Part shown: one piece after another, positions 63,569 through 64,000 of the stretch
Layout of the letters: every line of letters starts with the position of its first letter
How positions within the stretch are numbered: position 1 is the first letter of the stretch
NCBI GenBank assembly: GCA_964106915.2
Contig: OZ066915.1
DNA: 64,000 nucleotides
Source of the DNA: Podarcis gaigeae
Lineage: Eukaryota
Direction: 5' to 3' (one strand)
Translations under genes and position numbers: made by a program
Notes under the pieces: model-generated
Databases searched by the model: none
What the model saw: only the letters and a program-made list of their open reading frames with translations
What the model was told of the DNA's origin: nothing

Positions 63569-64000
63569 ATAATTTATATATATGAAATATTATAATGAAA
63601 AATACTATCAACAAGAATTAAGCTGTATTATTATTTAATAATAAACTTAGTCAAACTGTGAAGTCCTGAGGTGATTTACTGTCATGAGAGTTAACCAAAC
63701 ATTTGGTATATTCGTCTGTAATATGAGACTTGGGGGTGAGTCCTTGTTATACAGCAATAATCTTCAAAAGTACTTAGTTCTGTAGAACTTAACATAACAT
63801 TAAGAGAGTCTGTTAAAAACAACAACAACAAAGCTTATAATCCTTGCAATCTCTTTCCACAAATGTCTCGAGTAAAACTGAACAAAGGTCACAAAGTCCT
63901 AGAATGCAAATACAAAGATTATGTATAGCTTGGTAGATTGACAAACAGACAGGATACAATCTGATTGCAGGGCACAAACTCACAGGAGATAGATTTTTTC

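Overview
Squamate reptile genomic DNA, most likely a lacertid lizard (inferred from the Sauria-SINE, BovB, CR1 and L2 repeat content). The only host gene I recognise is the chemokine CXCL14 on the minus strand, with three coding exons at 15251-15314, 14033-14138 and 6362-6472. They splice with GT-AG boundaries to [93 protein letters not shown](R). The canonical last exon (RVYEE*) was not found in the window. The remaining ~48 kb upstream of CXCL14 is non-coding. It is layered with mobile elements: Sauria SINEs, tRNA-derived SINEs with CR1 tails, CR1/L2/BovB/L1-like LINE fragments, Tc1/mariner and hAT MITEs, a solo LTR, and a 1.9-kb hAT element carrying a 154-bp internal tandem array. Repeat-free, motif-rich stretches between them are candidate enhancers. 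The most unusual signal is a pair of almost identical ~128-bp Penelope-type insertions (47331-47459 and 63368-63495), each carrying a minimal type-I hammerhead ribozyme motif on the minus strand. There is a 274-N assembly gap at 13493-13766. Nearly all ORFs in the supplied track are spurious or repeat-derived. Repeat family names come from recognition of consensus motifs, not from a database search.
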